A stretch of DNA of 56,713 bases, counting the filler, from Fonticula-like sp. SCN 57-25 (lineage: Eukaryota): NCBI GenBank assembly GCA_001724245.1. It is 3 parts of 3 records of this genome, joined end to end, with 100 filler letters (N's around TTAATTAATTAA, not from the genome) between each part and the next. Parts side by side here need not be neighbours in the genome. Positions count along the whole stretch, not along the records: positions 1 to 18,332 come from MEDX01000108.1; 2 more parts are not named here. One strand, 5' to 3'. Position 1 is the first letter of the stretch, and every line of letters starts with the position of its first letter. The translations under genes and the position numbers were made by a program. A model generated the notes under the pieces. It was not told where the DNA came from. It ran no database searches and was given only the letters and a program-made list of their open reading frames with translations. This document shows positions 1 to 13,473 of the stretch, one piece after another.

Positions 1-465
1 CTCGCTGAGATATGAGCACCTGCTCTGCTATACGCGATTTTCAGGAATTACCAACGGAATCGTGATTTCTGACACACCCTTCACGGTCGACCATCGGACT
101 CAACGAGGGCCCTCGAGCGAGTCAACGCCGTCGCCGACCCACACACGCGCACACATGTGCTGCGCTTATCAGGAGTTTCACACGCAGGAGAAATAGCGCG
201 CACTCTAGCTGGCTGGCTGGACGTCCACGCCAATAGGCACACGCCTCGCAGCTTATCTCCGACTGTGGAGCCTTTTTGTACAAATAGTGAGTGAGTGGTG
301 GTTGATTGAATGGATACCCCATCGCCATGTGTCATAGCGCGTCAAAGTCAATTACGACCAGTTGTCTATACTTGCGAAGCAAAACGTAGCGTCACACCAT
401 TTCACTTTGTTTATTGTTGATCGAATGAATGCGGCGGTATATAGATAATTATGAGCAAAATAAGA

Positions 466-2197
466 TCAGTTGTCTAGTGAATCATCCGTGTGGCGACCCG
501 CCGTATTCTTCTCCAGCCAGTCACCATACTGCTTTAACCGCTCCCGCTCCTCTTGCTCCGACGGCTGCTGCTGCGCCTGATCGTACCTCTCCTTCCCGTC
601 GTATAGCACCGCCTCAACAGCCTTCCCACCAAAGAAGCGCCCGTTCATAACCTACGAAGAGTCGTCAGGATTCTATGCCAGGCAGGCGATCGGAGAAAGC
701 GCACCTTGACGCAAGCCGCCGCCGATATTTCCGACTTGAATTTGACCGAGAAAACGCCCTGCGGATGGCGCTAAACGCGGTGTTAACATCGCAACAGCCA
801 TTGCACGCACGCGCACATCATATACGACGACATTCGACACGTCGCCCATCTTGGAGCATTCCTCCCGAATGTCCTCTTTCAAGTCGAGCAGCAGCCCAGG
901 GTCCGCCTAACCAGAAAAATTAGTCACAAAAAATGAGCGCAAAGACATCCGTCGTACGTCAACCTCCTGCGGAGTGAACATATTCTTCAGAATCACTGTG
1001 CGAATGTGCTTGGCGCTCGCTTCGGACTCGTCAAACCAGCCCAGCTTCCTATCATCCAGCGCGGCGTTAGTAATCAAGACGAGACAACCAAATAGAGGCG
1101 CACTTTTCAATGCGATTAAGCTGCGCAAGGTATTGCTGCTTGTCCAGCTTTCTCTTCTTCTTCTGGGCGCCGCCTTTCTCGGACGAACCGCCATCAGCAC
1201 CGCGGTGATTGTACGTGGCCTGCAATACTAATAAATATCACAGAAAGCAAGCGCAAAAACGCACCTCGGCAACAAACACTCTGTTCCCCGGTCTCAACTC
1301 GCTATCGTCGAGAAGCTGGAGAGCGAGCTCGACACTTGCGCGCTTTAGGTACGTGACGGAGCCGTCGCCCTTTGGCCTTCCGTCCTTGTCCTTGTACACC
1401 TTGACCTTTGGCTGCCGTGTCGCAAAGTCCTCGGCAAGAAAACCACACTTGCTAAAGTACGCCGCGAGCTCTTCCTCTGTCACGTCGGCAGGCAGTCCCG
1501 TCACGTACACCGCGGTGTTCTCCTTTGCGGTGACCTCCTTGGCCTCCTTTCTGATCTGAAGTGCCTTGGCCTTTGCCTCCTCGCGCTTCTGCCGCTTAAG
1601 TTGACTCGCAGTAAGAACGGTTGGAAACGCGGCACTCGAGCTTCCCGGCGCCGCAGCGGTGCCCTCCGTCTCGGGAGGTTGCTGACCGGATGCTGCCGAT
1701 GGTGCACCGTCCGCGTCAGGACCGCGGCCGTACGCCGACTGTTGCGAATCGACAAGGTTTTGTTCCCAAGCCGGAAACCACGCGCGCTTATCAGAGTCAT
1801 ACTCGTACAACACCTTGTCCGACGGGTCCCTCACAAGGAACCGCTCGCCACCCTCCAGCCACACGCCCGCAGAGCTGCCGTTGAAGAGCGGCGCCGACGA
1901 TGATGGCGCACTCGAGAGTGTCGACCCCACCGTTCCCACAGGCGCCTTAGAAGGAGCAGCGCTCACAGCGACATTACCGCTGTCGCTCTCATCATCGTCC
2001 TCGTTCTCCTCTTCAAAGGCAGCAGGGGCGTCACGGTTCGTGTACGCGGCATACCGCGCCGTCATCTGGTCTTTACGCTCGGCAGCCCACGCCTCTTCGT
2101 CATTGAAATCTTCCTCCTCGTCGTCATCCTCCTCTTCGTCAAGTCTCCGCTTGTCATCTCCCACTTCGTTCATAAAGCGAGCATACTCGTCGTCCAT
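466..2197 (-). CDS. HTATSF1: U2 snRNP-associated RRM protein, Tat-SF1/Cus2/Uap2 family (5 exons)
   Basis: RRM1 NTAVYVTGLP...KVKVYKDKDGRPKGDG; UHM/RRM2 RTVILKNMF..DIREECSKMGDVSNVVVYD..MNGRFFGG. GT-AG introns join the frames; ATG at 2197. Confidence 0.88.
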
Positions 2198-2490
2198 GGT
2201 TGTCACCGTACAATGATGCAGAGCACAGGCAGAGCGGCGAAAACGGAAGAAACAGGCGATTTATTTCCCGCCACTCGGCAGCCAATCAAACCGTGACATC
2301 GACACCCATTTGTTGGGTAGAGAGGCGGACAGAGGCGGACTGTGGGGCGTGTTGCTTGCGTGCTTTCGCGCATCTTGCCGTCACTTTCTGCCCTCACTCG
2401 CCAGCAAGTGCCTCTCGTTTATTTGTCCTTTTTGTGGGGTTTCTTGCGTTTGCGACCGGTTAAGAGCGGCCCAACGGTCCGTCCGCTTTC

Positions 2491-5400
2491 ATGACGAGCC
2501 ATGGCGGATCCCTAGCGCTTTCGTCGACCCCTGCTGCGTGTGCGTCGTCGCCCGGCTGTTTTTTGTAATTGTTGCTCACGTAATGCTTGGTTCCATTTTT
2601 ATAGCAGCAGCAAAATCTACAGCATCCTTGCAGGTGGTCACTATCGATGACACTCCCGTCGAGATCCACGGCTACCGCACGGTTCCTGGCCGTCTACTAC
2701 TTTACCGTGTTCTGTGCTTCTTGACGCTGGGCGTTCTTCCGCTTGTGTGCCGCTGGTTTCCGTCGAAGCGTCTCCGCCTTACCGGCGTTAGCACATCGCT
2801 TTCCGACGCCACACTCCTGCTTGTCGTTGTGAACGAGTGGGAGGACGTTGTCTCAGTAGTAACTGTGGATCAGCAGCCTGCAGCCGAGGAATCTCCAAGC
2901 CGCTCTTCCCGTCGTCGAACTGGCGACAGTGATAGTGTCCCTCTTCAATCTGCGGCGAGCAACCTTGATATAGATTCCGAGGTGGCGGCAGCCAGCGCCG
3001 ACCCCGCACCAGTGCTGCGCATGGCTTGTTTTCGCCACGCTCGCTTTTTCTGGAGCGAAAAGCGCGAGGCGTTCGTGGACGCGATAGAATGGAGCAACGT
3101 TGTTTTGCTTCCAGTGGCCGAGCGGACGACGGGCCTGGACGGCACGACTCGCGCCTACCAGGAGCGCGTGTTTGGATCCAATATCGTGGATGTTCCAATG
3201 AAGCCCATTAGCCAGCTCATGATGGACGAGGTGCTGCACCCCTTTTACATCTTTCAAGTTGCCAGCATGATCATCTGGCTGCTGGACGACTACTTTTTCT
3301 ACGCCGCGTGCATCGGGCTGCTCTCAATCATTGGCGTCATCACCAGTCTTGTCGAGACCCGTCGCGTACGCCTCCGATCCTTTCACTTTCGTCATTTCTA
3401 ACATGCCTTTTTTTTTAGAACATGACGCGTTTGCGCGAAATGGCGCATTTTGAATGTCAAGTGGAGCTTCTTCGCGATGGCGCATGGGAAACGGTCGCGT
3501 CGTCGGCACTCGTGCCAGGTGATGTGTTTGCGCTTCCGTCGGACGGCAGTCTTCCTTGCGACGGCGTACTTCTTGAAGGCGAGTGCATTGTCAACGAGAG
3601 CATGCTGACCGGCGAGGCAATCCCGGTGCAAAAGACACCAGTTTCGCTCATCGAAACGGACCACGGCGTGCGTCTGCCGTCCAACGTGCGACAGGCCAAG
3701 AAGCATATTTTTTTCTGTGGGACAAAGGTGATTCGCGCTCGTGCGCCACCCGGGGCGAATGGTAGGGTTCGGTGTCTTGTCATCAATACAGGCACGCCCG
3801 CTGCAGCTCTGCGCGCGTTTTGTGACTAACCACGTGGATAGGCTTTGACACGTCCAAGGGCAACTTGGTTCGTTCCATCCTGTTCCCCAAGCCAAACAAA
3901 TTTTCTTTTTACCGCGACTCGTTTTTGTTTGTCGGCTTCATGGCGATCATTGCGCTCGTTGGTTTTATTTACTCACTCGTTAACTTTCTCCGCCTTGGCG
4001 TGCACTGGCAAAAGATTGCGCTTCGTGCGCTCGACATCATCACGGTGGCAGTACCACCGGCGTTGCCCGTCGCAATGACAATGGGCACGGCCTTTTCGAT
4101 TCAGCGCCTTCGCACGATGCGCCGCATTTTTTGCATCAGCCCGCCTCGAATTAACGTGGCAGGCAAGGTTAACATTGCCGTCTTTGACAAGACTGGGACG
4201 CTTACCGAGGAGGGTCTCGACGTGGTGGGCGCGTGCGTGGTAGTCCACCCGGCTGGCGACAGCAGCAGTGCCGCTCGCCCCGTCTTGAGCGGTCTCCACA
4301 AGGAGTACGAGGCGCTCGTAGAGCACGTCGAGCTGCAGGCGCGCGAGGGCAGCGCAACGTCGCCGCTGCCGCAAGTGCTTGCCACGTGCCACTCGCTTGC
4401 CAAGGTGGATGGCACGATCGTGGGCGACCCGGTGGACGTAAAGATGTTTATGTTTTCGCAGTGGCAGCTTGCCGACCCGCCGGAAGACGAGCAGCACTGC
4501 ACCGGTATCATTCGGCCGCCCGCCGTCGACCGCTTTCCCGTGCGCCAACCACCGTTAATGGCAGCTCTAACATATTGCATACAGAAATCTTGGCAGAATG
4601 ACAAGTGGGTCGCTCGCCAGTTTGAGTTTGACTCTGCCCTTCAGCGCGCCAGCGTGATTGTCCACTCCAAGGGCCCGAACGACGACACGGCCTACGAGCT
4701 GCACGTCAAAGGCTCGCCGGAGATGATCCGCTCACTTTCAAATCCCGCGACGGGTGCGATTTTGTTTTATCGCTCTCTACCTACTCATATTGCGAATAGT
4801 CCCGGCCAACTTTGACGAGGTGCTGAAAGGCTACACAATGAACGGGTACCGTGTGCTCGCCCTCGGGTCCAAGCCGATGCCGCACATCCACTCTTTTGAT
4901 CAGATCCCCCGCGTTCTTCGGTACGTTTTGCATCATCTTTCATCTAAGAGCACTGACTCGGTCTGCTAGCCACGAGGCCGAGCGCGATCTCCAGTTTGAC
5001 GGCCTACTCGTGCTCGAGAACCGTCTAAAGCCAGAGACGACGGGTGCGATCCTTGAGCTCTCGACGGCGAATATCCGCTGTGTGATGGCCACGGGTGACA
5101 ACGACCTGACTGCGGTGAGCGTTGCGCGGCAATGCGGCATCCTTCCCGGCGAGTGCCCCACCTACCGGCCCCTCTGCGAAACGGACGAGCACGGAAACCG
5201 ATCATGGACCTGGGAGAACTGCGACAACCCTGCACAACTGCTCAGCACCGACGACCTCTTGGTTCGCTTTTGCATTGCTTTTTTGCATTGCTTGTTCAAT
5301 TGATTAACGTGTTCTTGTCACTTTAGGGTGACAGTGCAGGAGCGTCATCCGTGGGATCTCTTCTCCTATCATCCATGTCGTCTGTACGCACCCACTTTTA

Positions 5401-6660
5401 CGCTCTCTCACTCGCCTCTCACACATACTGCGTCAGTCGCTGTCGCCCGACTCGCCGTCTGCTGCTCCTCGCGTGGTGCTCACTGGCGCCGACTATGCAC
5501 TGCTGTGCCGCGACCTGCCTTCCGCGCTGCAGCGCCGCCGCCTGCTGCTCATGTGCCCCGTGTTTGCGCGGATGAGCCCCGACCTGAAGCAGACGCTGGT
5601 CGAGGACCTCCAGGCAATAGGTTTTACCGTATCCATGTGCGGTGACGGAGCGAACGACTGCGGCGCGCTGCGGGCGGCAGACGTGGGCGTTTCGCTGTCG
5701 AGCGCCGAGGCCAGCGTCGCGGCGCCGTTCAGCAGCAACATGGAGCATATCGGGAGCGTATTGTGCGTCATCAAGGAAGGAAGAGCGGCGCTCACTACTA
5801 GCCTGAGCTGTTTCAAGTACATGGCGCTCTACGCCATGATCCAGACCGTCACCGTCACGCTTTTATACTCAATCGACAGCAACCTGTCCGACTTTATGTT
5901 CCTCTACATCGATCTATTTTTAATCATGCCTCTCGCTGTCTCAAGTGCGTTATTTGGGCTGTTTTGGCTCTTTTTTACGAAGAATTTCGTGGATTTTAAC
6001 CGCTGTGCTCTTATAGTGGCACTGACGCACGCGTCGGACACGCTCGCACGTAAGAGCCCGACGTCCAAGTTGATTAGCAAGTCAGTTCTGATTTCGATTC
6101 TTGGCCACATTGCTGTCCAGCTCGTGTTCCAGGTTGCTGTGTTCGAGTCGGTGACGCTACAGTCGTGGTTCATGCCCGTGGAGCACGGCGACGGCGAGGA
6201 GGACAACTACGATACCGACCAGACGACGTCACTCTTCTTGCTATCTTCTTTCCAGTACATCTTTGCGACCATCGTGTTCAGCAGGGGGCGCCCGTACCGC
6301 AAGTCAATGTTTAGCAACCGTACGCCGCCCCTCCTTGACCCCGCTTGTGCTGACTGCACTTTAGGGTGGTACATTGCGACGCTCGTGGTGCTCACCGCCT
6401 GGATGATGTACATGCTGTGGGCCCCCGCGCCGGGCGTGTCCTCCCTCTTTGAGCTCGTCGAACTGCCGTACGCGTGGTGCGGCGCACTGCTGGGGACCGC
6501 GGTCGTGTACCTTGTGGTGTCGATAGCGCTAGAGCAGGTCGTCTTTCCGTGGGCTGCGCGCATGGTCGGCAAGGCCAGGAGGAGGTTTAACGGGAACAAG
6601 AAGAAGGGGAGGAAGCTGTACAAGCAGCTCGCCCAGGAGGATGAGGACGAGCTGCGGTGA
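2491..6660 (+). CDS. P5B-type P-type ATPase (ATP13A2/Ypk9 family)
   Basis: LTGE actuator motif, PPALP (P5B signature), DKTGTLT phosphorylation site, KGSPE, TGDN and GDGANDCGAL. Multi-exon; the start at 2491 is inferred from splicing. Confidence 0.93.
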
Positions 6661-6853
6661 TTCTGTCAAACAGGGAGCAAGCGGCGAGCGTCAATAGAAA
6701 TGTATTACAATGCCGCTTGTGCAAACTTTTGCAACTTTTGAATGTTATTACGCGAGTGTAATGAATAACAAATAGAATGTCATTGAATCAGGTATTATTT
6801 TGTCACAAACGCGATTAATGTACACCGAAAAAAGGAGTCTTACACTTTTGATT

Positions 6854-9154
6854 CTATTTCCTTCCTCCGCGTCCTCCTCCGCGTCCTCCGCGCCCCCCGC
6901 CGCGCCCTCCGCCGCGCCCTCCTCCTCCCGCGCCCATTCCTCCGCCGAGCCTCTTGAGCCCGAGCGTCTGTACGCCTCTCCTGACCCTGCTCGCGTCGTA
7001 CGGCTTCTTTGCCATTTCAGAGGCCTCCCTCTTCTTCCCGCCCTTGTTGACGGTGAACCTCATCTCCATTCCTCCCATCACTTGCCGCGAGCTGGCGGCG
7101 TTATCGTTGGGCGCGTCCCTGATGCGCTCGGCAAACGATTTGCGCGTCACGGCGGCGTCGCGCCTCACCTGGTCGCCCGTCGCCGTCGCCGCGCGCATCA
7201 CGTCCGTGACCGTGTGGCTCTCCTTGAGCTCGTACATGCCCGGCTGCCCCGCCGCCTTCTTCTGCTCGAGCAGCTGCTGCTTGGTGCGCTTCTTGATCTG
7301 CGTGCGCAGGTCGTCGTCGCTGTCCTCGTCCGTCGACACGTCGCTCTCCTTGCCCTCGCGCTCGTCGTCCTCTTCCACGCGCGCAAACTTGCCGCGAACT
7401 GCGTCCGACGCACCGGCCGCTGCCGCTGCTGCCGCCGCAGCCTGCGGGTGCAGCAGCTTGAACTCGTTCGACTCAGTGTCGATCTCAAAGTCACCGTCCT
7501 CAAACATTTGCGCAAAGCGCGAGTCGCGCAGCGGGTTCGCGGCGGTCTTTGCAATCTTGTCGAGCGCCGCGTCGTCGTCGGCAGCAGCCTCGTCGGCGCC
7601 GTCGGCCGTGTCCAGCAGCCGCTTGGCAAAGTCCTTGTTGACCTTGGGAAGGCGGCGGGCGAGAGAGATGCGCGACTTGCGCTGCGCTTCGATCTTCTCC
7701 TGTAGGCGCTTCTGGTGGTACTCTTCATACGAGAACGGATTGGCAATCGCCTTGGCCTTGTTGTACAGACGCGCGTCAATAAAGTAGCCGTGCATGTACG
7801 CGCGCAAAAGGGGAGTGCCGATAAGGTGGTCGAGCGCAAGCGTCTCGAGGCCCTTACGGGTGACAAACTTGTAATCGTCGTAGATGGTCGGCGCCGCCGT
7901 CTCCTCGAGCTCCTCAGTGAGGCTGTCAAGGAAGCCGCACCAGCGGGGCGCAGGGCCAAGCTGAGGGACATAATAAGCGTGCATCCGCGGCTCCTCGAGC
8001 GCAAACAAAATCAGGCCGCTGTCGGGCGCGCACTCCACATCATTCACATCAGACGGAGGCTCAATCGACGTGAACAGACCGCCCTGCAAGAAAGATCAGA
8101 AACCGACGCAAAAACATACAAACAGCAAACCCGTACCGAGGTCTTGTCCCAGATCTTGACGATCTTTTTGTCGGACGAGATGATGCGGCCAGAGTCATGC
8201 TCGTGCAGCGTCTTGATAGGGAAGCCGTACTGGTGGTCCTTGACAAGCAGAGGACTGGCACAGAACACAGTCAGCAGATACCACAAGGCGGCAACGAACA
8301 AAAATGAACGTACGCGCGAGTGCGGAGATCATACATGAGGACGTGGCCGCTCGACGTGCCGACCGCGTACCCAAGACCGTCCTTGAAAAAGTTCATTGCC
8401 GTCACCTCGGGCGTCCCGCCATCAATACTGCTGCGCGTTAGAACACAACGAAAAGAGAGGGCGCGGCGGCGTACTCTGTGTACTGCCGAAGGAGATCGGC
8501 GGCGATGGGCGCCGAAGTGATCTTTGACCGCATGCGCGCATCCCAAAACTCGATAATGCCGTCCTGGGCGCCGAATGCGGCAAGGTTGTGCACGGGGCTG
8601 ATCTTGACGACGTTGATGCCCGAGCACCCGGTGGTGAACGGGGTGAGGTAGCGGCCCTGGTCGAGGTTGAGACGCCAAACGTCAGAGCCCTGGCCGGCGA
8701 GGAGCAGATCGGCCGACTCGCGATGCAGCGCCATGTCGCGACCCATACGCGGCACGCGCGTCTTGTAGTAAAGGCCGCCCTGAGCGTGGAGCTCGAGCGT
8801 GCGGTCCGCCTGAAGGAACGCCAGCTTGGTCCAGTCCTCAGAGAGGATCTCCATCTGAACGGGCTCGGAATCCATGTGGCGCTCAAACTTGAGACTCAAC
8901 TGGGAAAGGTCATACGCGCGAACTTGCGGCTTGTACAGCCCGGCGGCCATCAAATGGGTGCCGTCGGGCGTCAGGCGAAGACGCAGCGCCGCCTCGGGGA
9001 ACTCAAAGTCCTGCAGGAGTTCGATGCGGCTCCGAAAGTCAGCATCGTACTTTAGCGAGCGCTTCTTTTGAATCGCGACCCACTCGGGAATCGACTTGCC
9101 CGCCGTTACGTGGTACACCTTGACATCATTCAAGGTCGTCACTTGAAGCACCAT
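6854..9154 (-). CDS. NOL10: Nucleolar protein 10 / Enp2 (WD40, SSU processome)
   Basis: RIELLQDFEFP, LSLKFERHMDSE, LGPAPRWCGFLDSLTEELEE, IYDDYKFVT, LRAYMHGYF, NUC153-like DSRFAQMFEDGDFEID; RGG tail. Confidence 0.95.
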
Positions 9155-9342
9155 GTTGCGTCGTTGTTCGAGCTCGGGCGCAAGCAGATCGCGAGCCTCG
9201 CTGACCCGGTCACCCTCTCGACTCCGCACGTGGCGTATCAATTGTATGCAGGACTGGAATCCGCTCCAAACTGCCGTATCACCCACGAGTCCACCCCAAA
9301 CTGAACCTGCAAATCAGTTTGCGTCCCGTTCAAGCCGCCACG

Positions 9343-12300
9343 ATGCCGCGCGATGATGAGGACGAAGCGCCTGTCGTCGTCGATGCCGCCGAGGTGGAGG
9401 CGTCTCTGTCCCGTTCGGACAAGCGCAAGAAGCGCAGTCGCGATATTCCTGCTGACGTCGACGAAGCCACTGCCGCCCAAATGTCTGCTGAAGATGCCGA
9501 AAAGGCCGAGCGCAAGCGTAAGCGCAAGGAGGAGCGCCGCGCCGCTGCTGCAGCCTCTGCTTCTGGCGACGCCGCTGCCGCCGCTGCTCCCGCGGACGGC
9601 TCCTCTGCGACTGCATCGCTTCTTTTGGACGCTTCGGCGGCCGTCCGCGGCCCTGTCGCCGTCGTGACTGACGAGGAGATCGCGGCTGCCAACCCCAAGC
9701 AGGTGCGCCATGAGGTGAGCATCCCCGCGGGGTACCCCTACGTCCCTCTCGTCGACGCGACTCTGCCGTCCGCCCCCGCCCGCGAGTACCCTTTTGTGCT
9801 TGATCCCTTCCAGCGGTGGTCGATTGCGGCGATTGAGCGCAACGAGAGCGTCCTTGTCAGCGCCCACACGTCCGCCGGCAAGACTGTCATTGCCGAGTAC
9901 GCGATCGCAGTGTCGCTTCGCAACAAGCAGCGCGTTATCTACACGTCACCCATTAAGGCGCTTAGTAATCAAAAGTACCGCGAGCTGCAGGCAGAGTTCT
10001 CCGACGTCGGCCTGATGACCGGCGACGTGTCGATCAACCCCAGCGCCAGTTGCCTCGTCATGACAACAGAGATTCTCAGGAACATGCTCTACAGGGGGTC
10101 AGAGGTTATGCGAGAGGTTGCGTGGGTTGTTTTCGACGAGATCCACTACATGAGAGACAAGGGTGCGACATGCGATCGTTTTTTTCGTTTGTGGCACATT
10201 TACTCACGTTTTCTACCTTTCAGAGCGCGGTGTTGTTTGGGAAGAGTCCATCATCATGCTGCCCAAGACGGTTCACCACGTCTTCCTCTCTGCCACCATC
10301 CCTAACGCTAAAGAGTTTGCCGACTGGATTTGCCGCGTTCACGGCCAGCCCTGCCACGTCGTGTACACGGACTACCGCCCGACGCCGCTGCAGCACTACC
10401 TGTTCCCGTCCGGCAGCGACGGCATCTACCTCGCGGTCGACGAAAAGAGCCGCCTGCGCGAGGACAACTTTGCCAAGGCGATGGCGCTCGTCGCCGACGC
10501 GCCGGCCAAGGGCCAGCGCGGCAAGGGCGGCCAAAAGGGAGGCAATAAGGGCGGCGCGGGAGGCAGCGACATTTACAAGATCATCAAGATGACGCTCGAG
10601 AGGCAGTACCAGCCCGTCATTGTCTTTGCGTTCAGCAAGAGGGAATGCGAGGGGCTCGGGCTGCAGATGGCAAAGCTCGACTTTAATACCGACAGCGAGA
10701 AGGCGATGGTTGAGCAGGTGTTCCAGAATGCCGTTGACTCGCTCAGCGATGACGACAAGGCGCTCCCGCAGATCGAGCACATCCTCCCGGTACGAACACA
10801 TGTGAACTGCTTTAGCGGTGATATTTTGTTATTTTGATGCGTTTTTTGATTGTTTGCGGTGTGAATTTGGTCAATTTTGGTTTGGTATCAGCGTGCGGTG
10901 CTGCCCATTTTTGGCTTTATCATTCTTCACTTTCCCCCAATTTCCTCCTTTGCTGACTTTTTTCCAGATTCTGAAGCGCGGCATTGGAATCCACCACGGC
11001 GGTCTTTTGCCCATTCTAAAGGAAGTGATTGAGATTCTTTTCCAGGAAGGTCTCTTGAAGGTCCTCTTTGCGACAGAGACCTTTTCGATGGGTCTCAACA
11101 TGCCCGCGCGTACTGTCGTCTTCACGAGCGTGCGCAAGTTTGACGGCAAGGACTTTCGCTGGGTGTCGTCGGGCGAATACACTCAGATGGCCGGCCGCGC
11201 TGGCCGTCGTGGCCTCGACGACCGCGGTATCGTCATCCAGATGCTCGACGAAAAGATTGAACCCGACGTGTGTCGTGCAATGCTCACTGGCGGAGCGGAC
11301 AACCTCACAAGCGCGTTCCACCTCTCGTACAATATGATTCTCAACTTGCTCAGGGTGGAGGACGTGTCGCCAGAGTACCTTCTCGATAGGAGTTTCTTTC
11401 AGTTCCAGAATAATGCCTCGGTGCCGGCACTCGAGAAGCGTACGCCATGCGGGTAGCGGAACGGGGTATATAGGGGATACTGTTTTGATATTTGTATGGG
11501 GTTGTTTTCGCTAGTGTTGTCATTCTGCTTGAAGGCAATTCACTGTTTTTGATGCTTTCCCCCATCATTTTGTGTCCTTTTCATTACTTTTTCGCCACTT
11601 TCTCGCTTTCTAACCCACTTTCCAGAGCTTCTTGACGCCGAATCGCGTCGCGACGCACTTGTCATCCGCGAAGAGGAGAGCATCTCTGACTACTACCTCG
11701 CCAAGCAGCAGCTTGACCGCTACCAGGACGACGTTCGCGCCGTGCTTCGCCACCCCTCCTTCAGCCTCCCCTTCATGCAGCCCGGCCGCCTCGTTCGCAT
11801 CCGCGACGGCCCCTCGCGCGACTTTGGCTGGGGCGTCGTGGTCAACTTTCAGAAGCGCGTCCCGGCGGCCGACAAGCGCCAGCAGCGCCAGCAGCGCGAC
11901 AGTGGCAAGGACGGCAAGGACGACGACGCGGAGCCGCTAAAGTACATCCTCGATGTGCTGCTGTACTGCAAGGCGCCGGCAACCGGCAGCGGCAGCGCAG
12001 GTGCCAACAGCAGCGTCGAGCCGTGCACGGACGCGACGGGCGAGATGGTCGTTGTGCCCGTGGCGCTCACGACGCTCATGAGCATCAGCTCGGTGCGCAT
12101 TCACGTGGGCAAGGATTTGGTGCCGAAGGAGGCGCGCGCGGCCGTGCACAAGACGGTCAAGGAGGTCGAGAGGAGGTTCCCGGAAGGGCTCCCGACGCTC
12201 GACCCTATCGAGGACATGGGTGTGCAGGACGAGGCGTTTGCAAAGCTCATGGAGGTGCGACAAAGTTGCATGTTGTTTATGGCATGGTATTGCGTATTTT

Positions 12301-13156
12301 TGCATGTTTCTGTCTGTTTTTGATGTTTTTGTTCAAGTTGTTGTCACTTTTGTGCTACTTTTGCGCAACGATACGTTATTTTTCTGGTCGCTTAACTCTG
12401 CTTCCTCAACAGAAAGTGACGAATCTTGAGCGTCGCCTTGCCGAGAACCGCCTTTCATCGCACCCCGACCTGTCCTCCCTCTACGAGGCGTACGCCGCCA
12501 AGGCGCAGCTGCACGACACCGTCAAGGCGATCAAGAAGAGCATCAAGGCCGCCACGTCGATCATGCACATGGACGAGCTCAAGTCGCGCAAGCGCGTTCT
12601 GCGCCGCCTCGGCTACACCACCTCGAATGACGTCATCGAGATGAAGGGCCGCGTGGCGTGCGAGATCTCGACGGGCGACGAGCTCATGCTGACCGAGATG
12701 ATCTTTAACGGCGTTTTCAACGACCTCACTGTTGAGCAGACGACGGCGCTTTTGTCGTGCTTTGTGTTTGACGAAAAGGCCGACGAGAACTTGCGGCTGC
12801 GCGAGGAGCTCGACACGCCGTTCCAGGCGCTCCGCGAGACGGCGCGGCGCATCGCAAAGATTGCCAATGAGTGCAAACTGCAATACGACGAGGAGGCGTA
12901 CGTCAAGAGCTTCAAGGGAGAGATGATGGAGGTCGTGTACCAGTGGACGCTCGGCGCCAAGTTTGCGCAGGTGCTCAAGATGACGGACGTGTTTGAGGGC
13001 AGTATCATTCGGTGCATTAAGCGGCTGGAGGAGCTCCTCAGGCAGATGGCGGACGCGGCAAAGGCCATCGGAAATACAGAGCTCGAGAAAAAGTTTAACG
13101 AGGGTGTCACAAAGATCAAGAGAGATATCGTCTTTGCGGCTAGCTTGTACCTCTAG
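9343..13156 (+). CDS. MTR4: Exosome RNA helicase Mtr4 (Ski2-like)
   Basis: [44 protein letters not shown]/arch insert and C-terminal [11 protein letters not shown]; 4 introns. Confidence 0.97.
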
Positions 13157-13473
13157 GCTCGTGTTTTTTGTACCTCTATTACGCCTGCAATACATCATTT
13201 CAATTATCAATGGTGTAGTTTTGAAGGCATATGACGCTATTGCAAAGAATTGCAATATTTATTGGATTGCATTTCAAATACTAGCGGGATTGTGGGAGTA
13301 AGTGTTCAATTCTCTACCAGTTTGCACCCCATTGTGCATCTAATTATGCCCTTTGCCTCCTAACAATATTCATCTGTTCCATAGAGTGCAATACAGTTAT
13401 ATTTTACTTTTTTCCTTGGTATCACCAACACGTGCATACAAACCAACAAAATGCTGCTGCAGCCGTCAAAGCT

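Noticed and set aside
1-420. Short ORFs at the window start
   Set aside because: No recognisable motifs or splice-supported model.
4540-4584. 45-nt in-frame, stop-free intron read through in the ORF track
   Set aside because: Canonical GTGCGC..CTAAC..CAG intron; stop-free 3n introns are expected by chance at this size.
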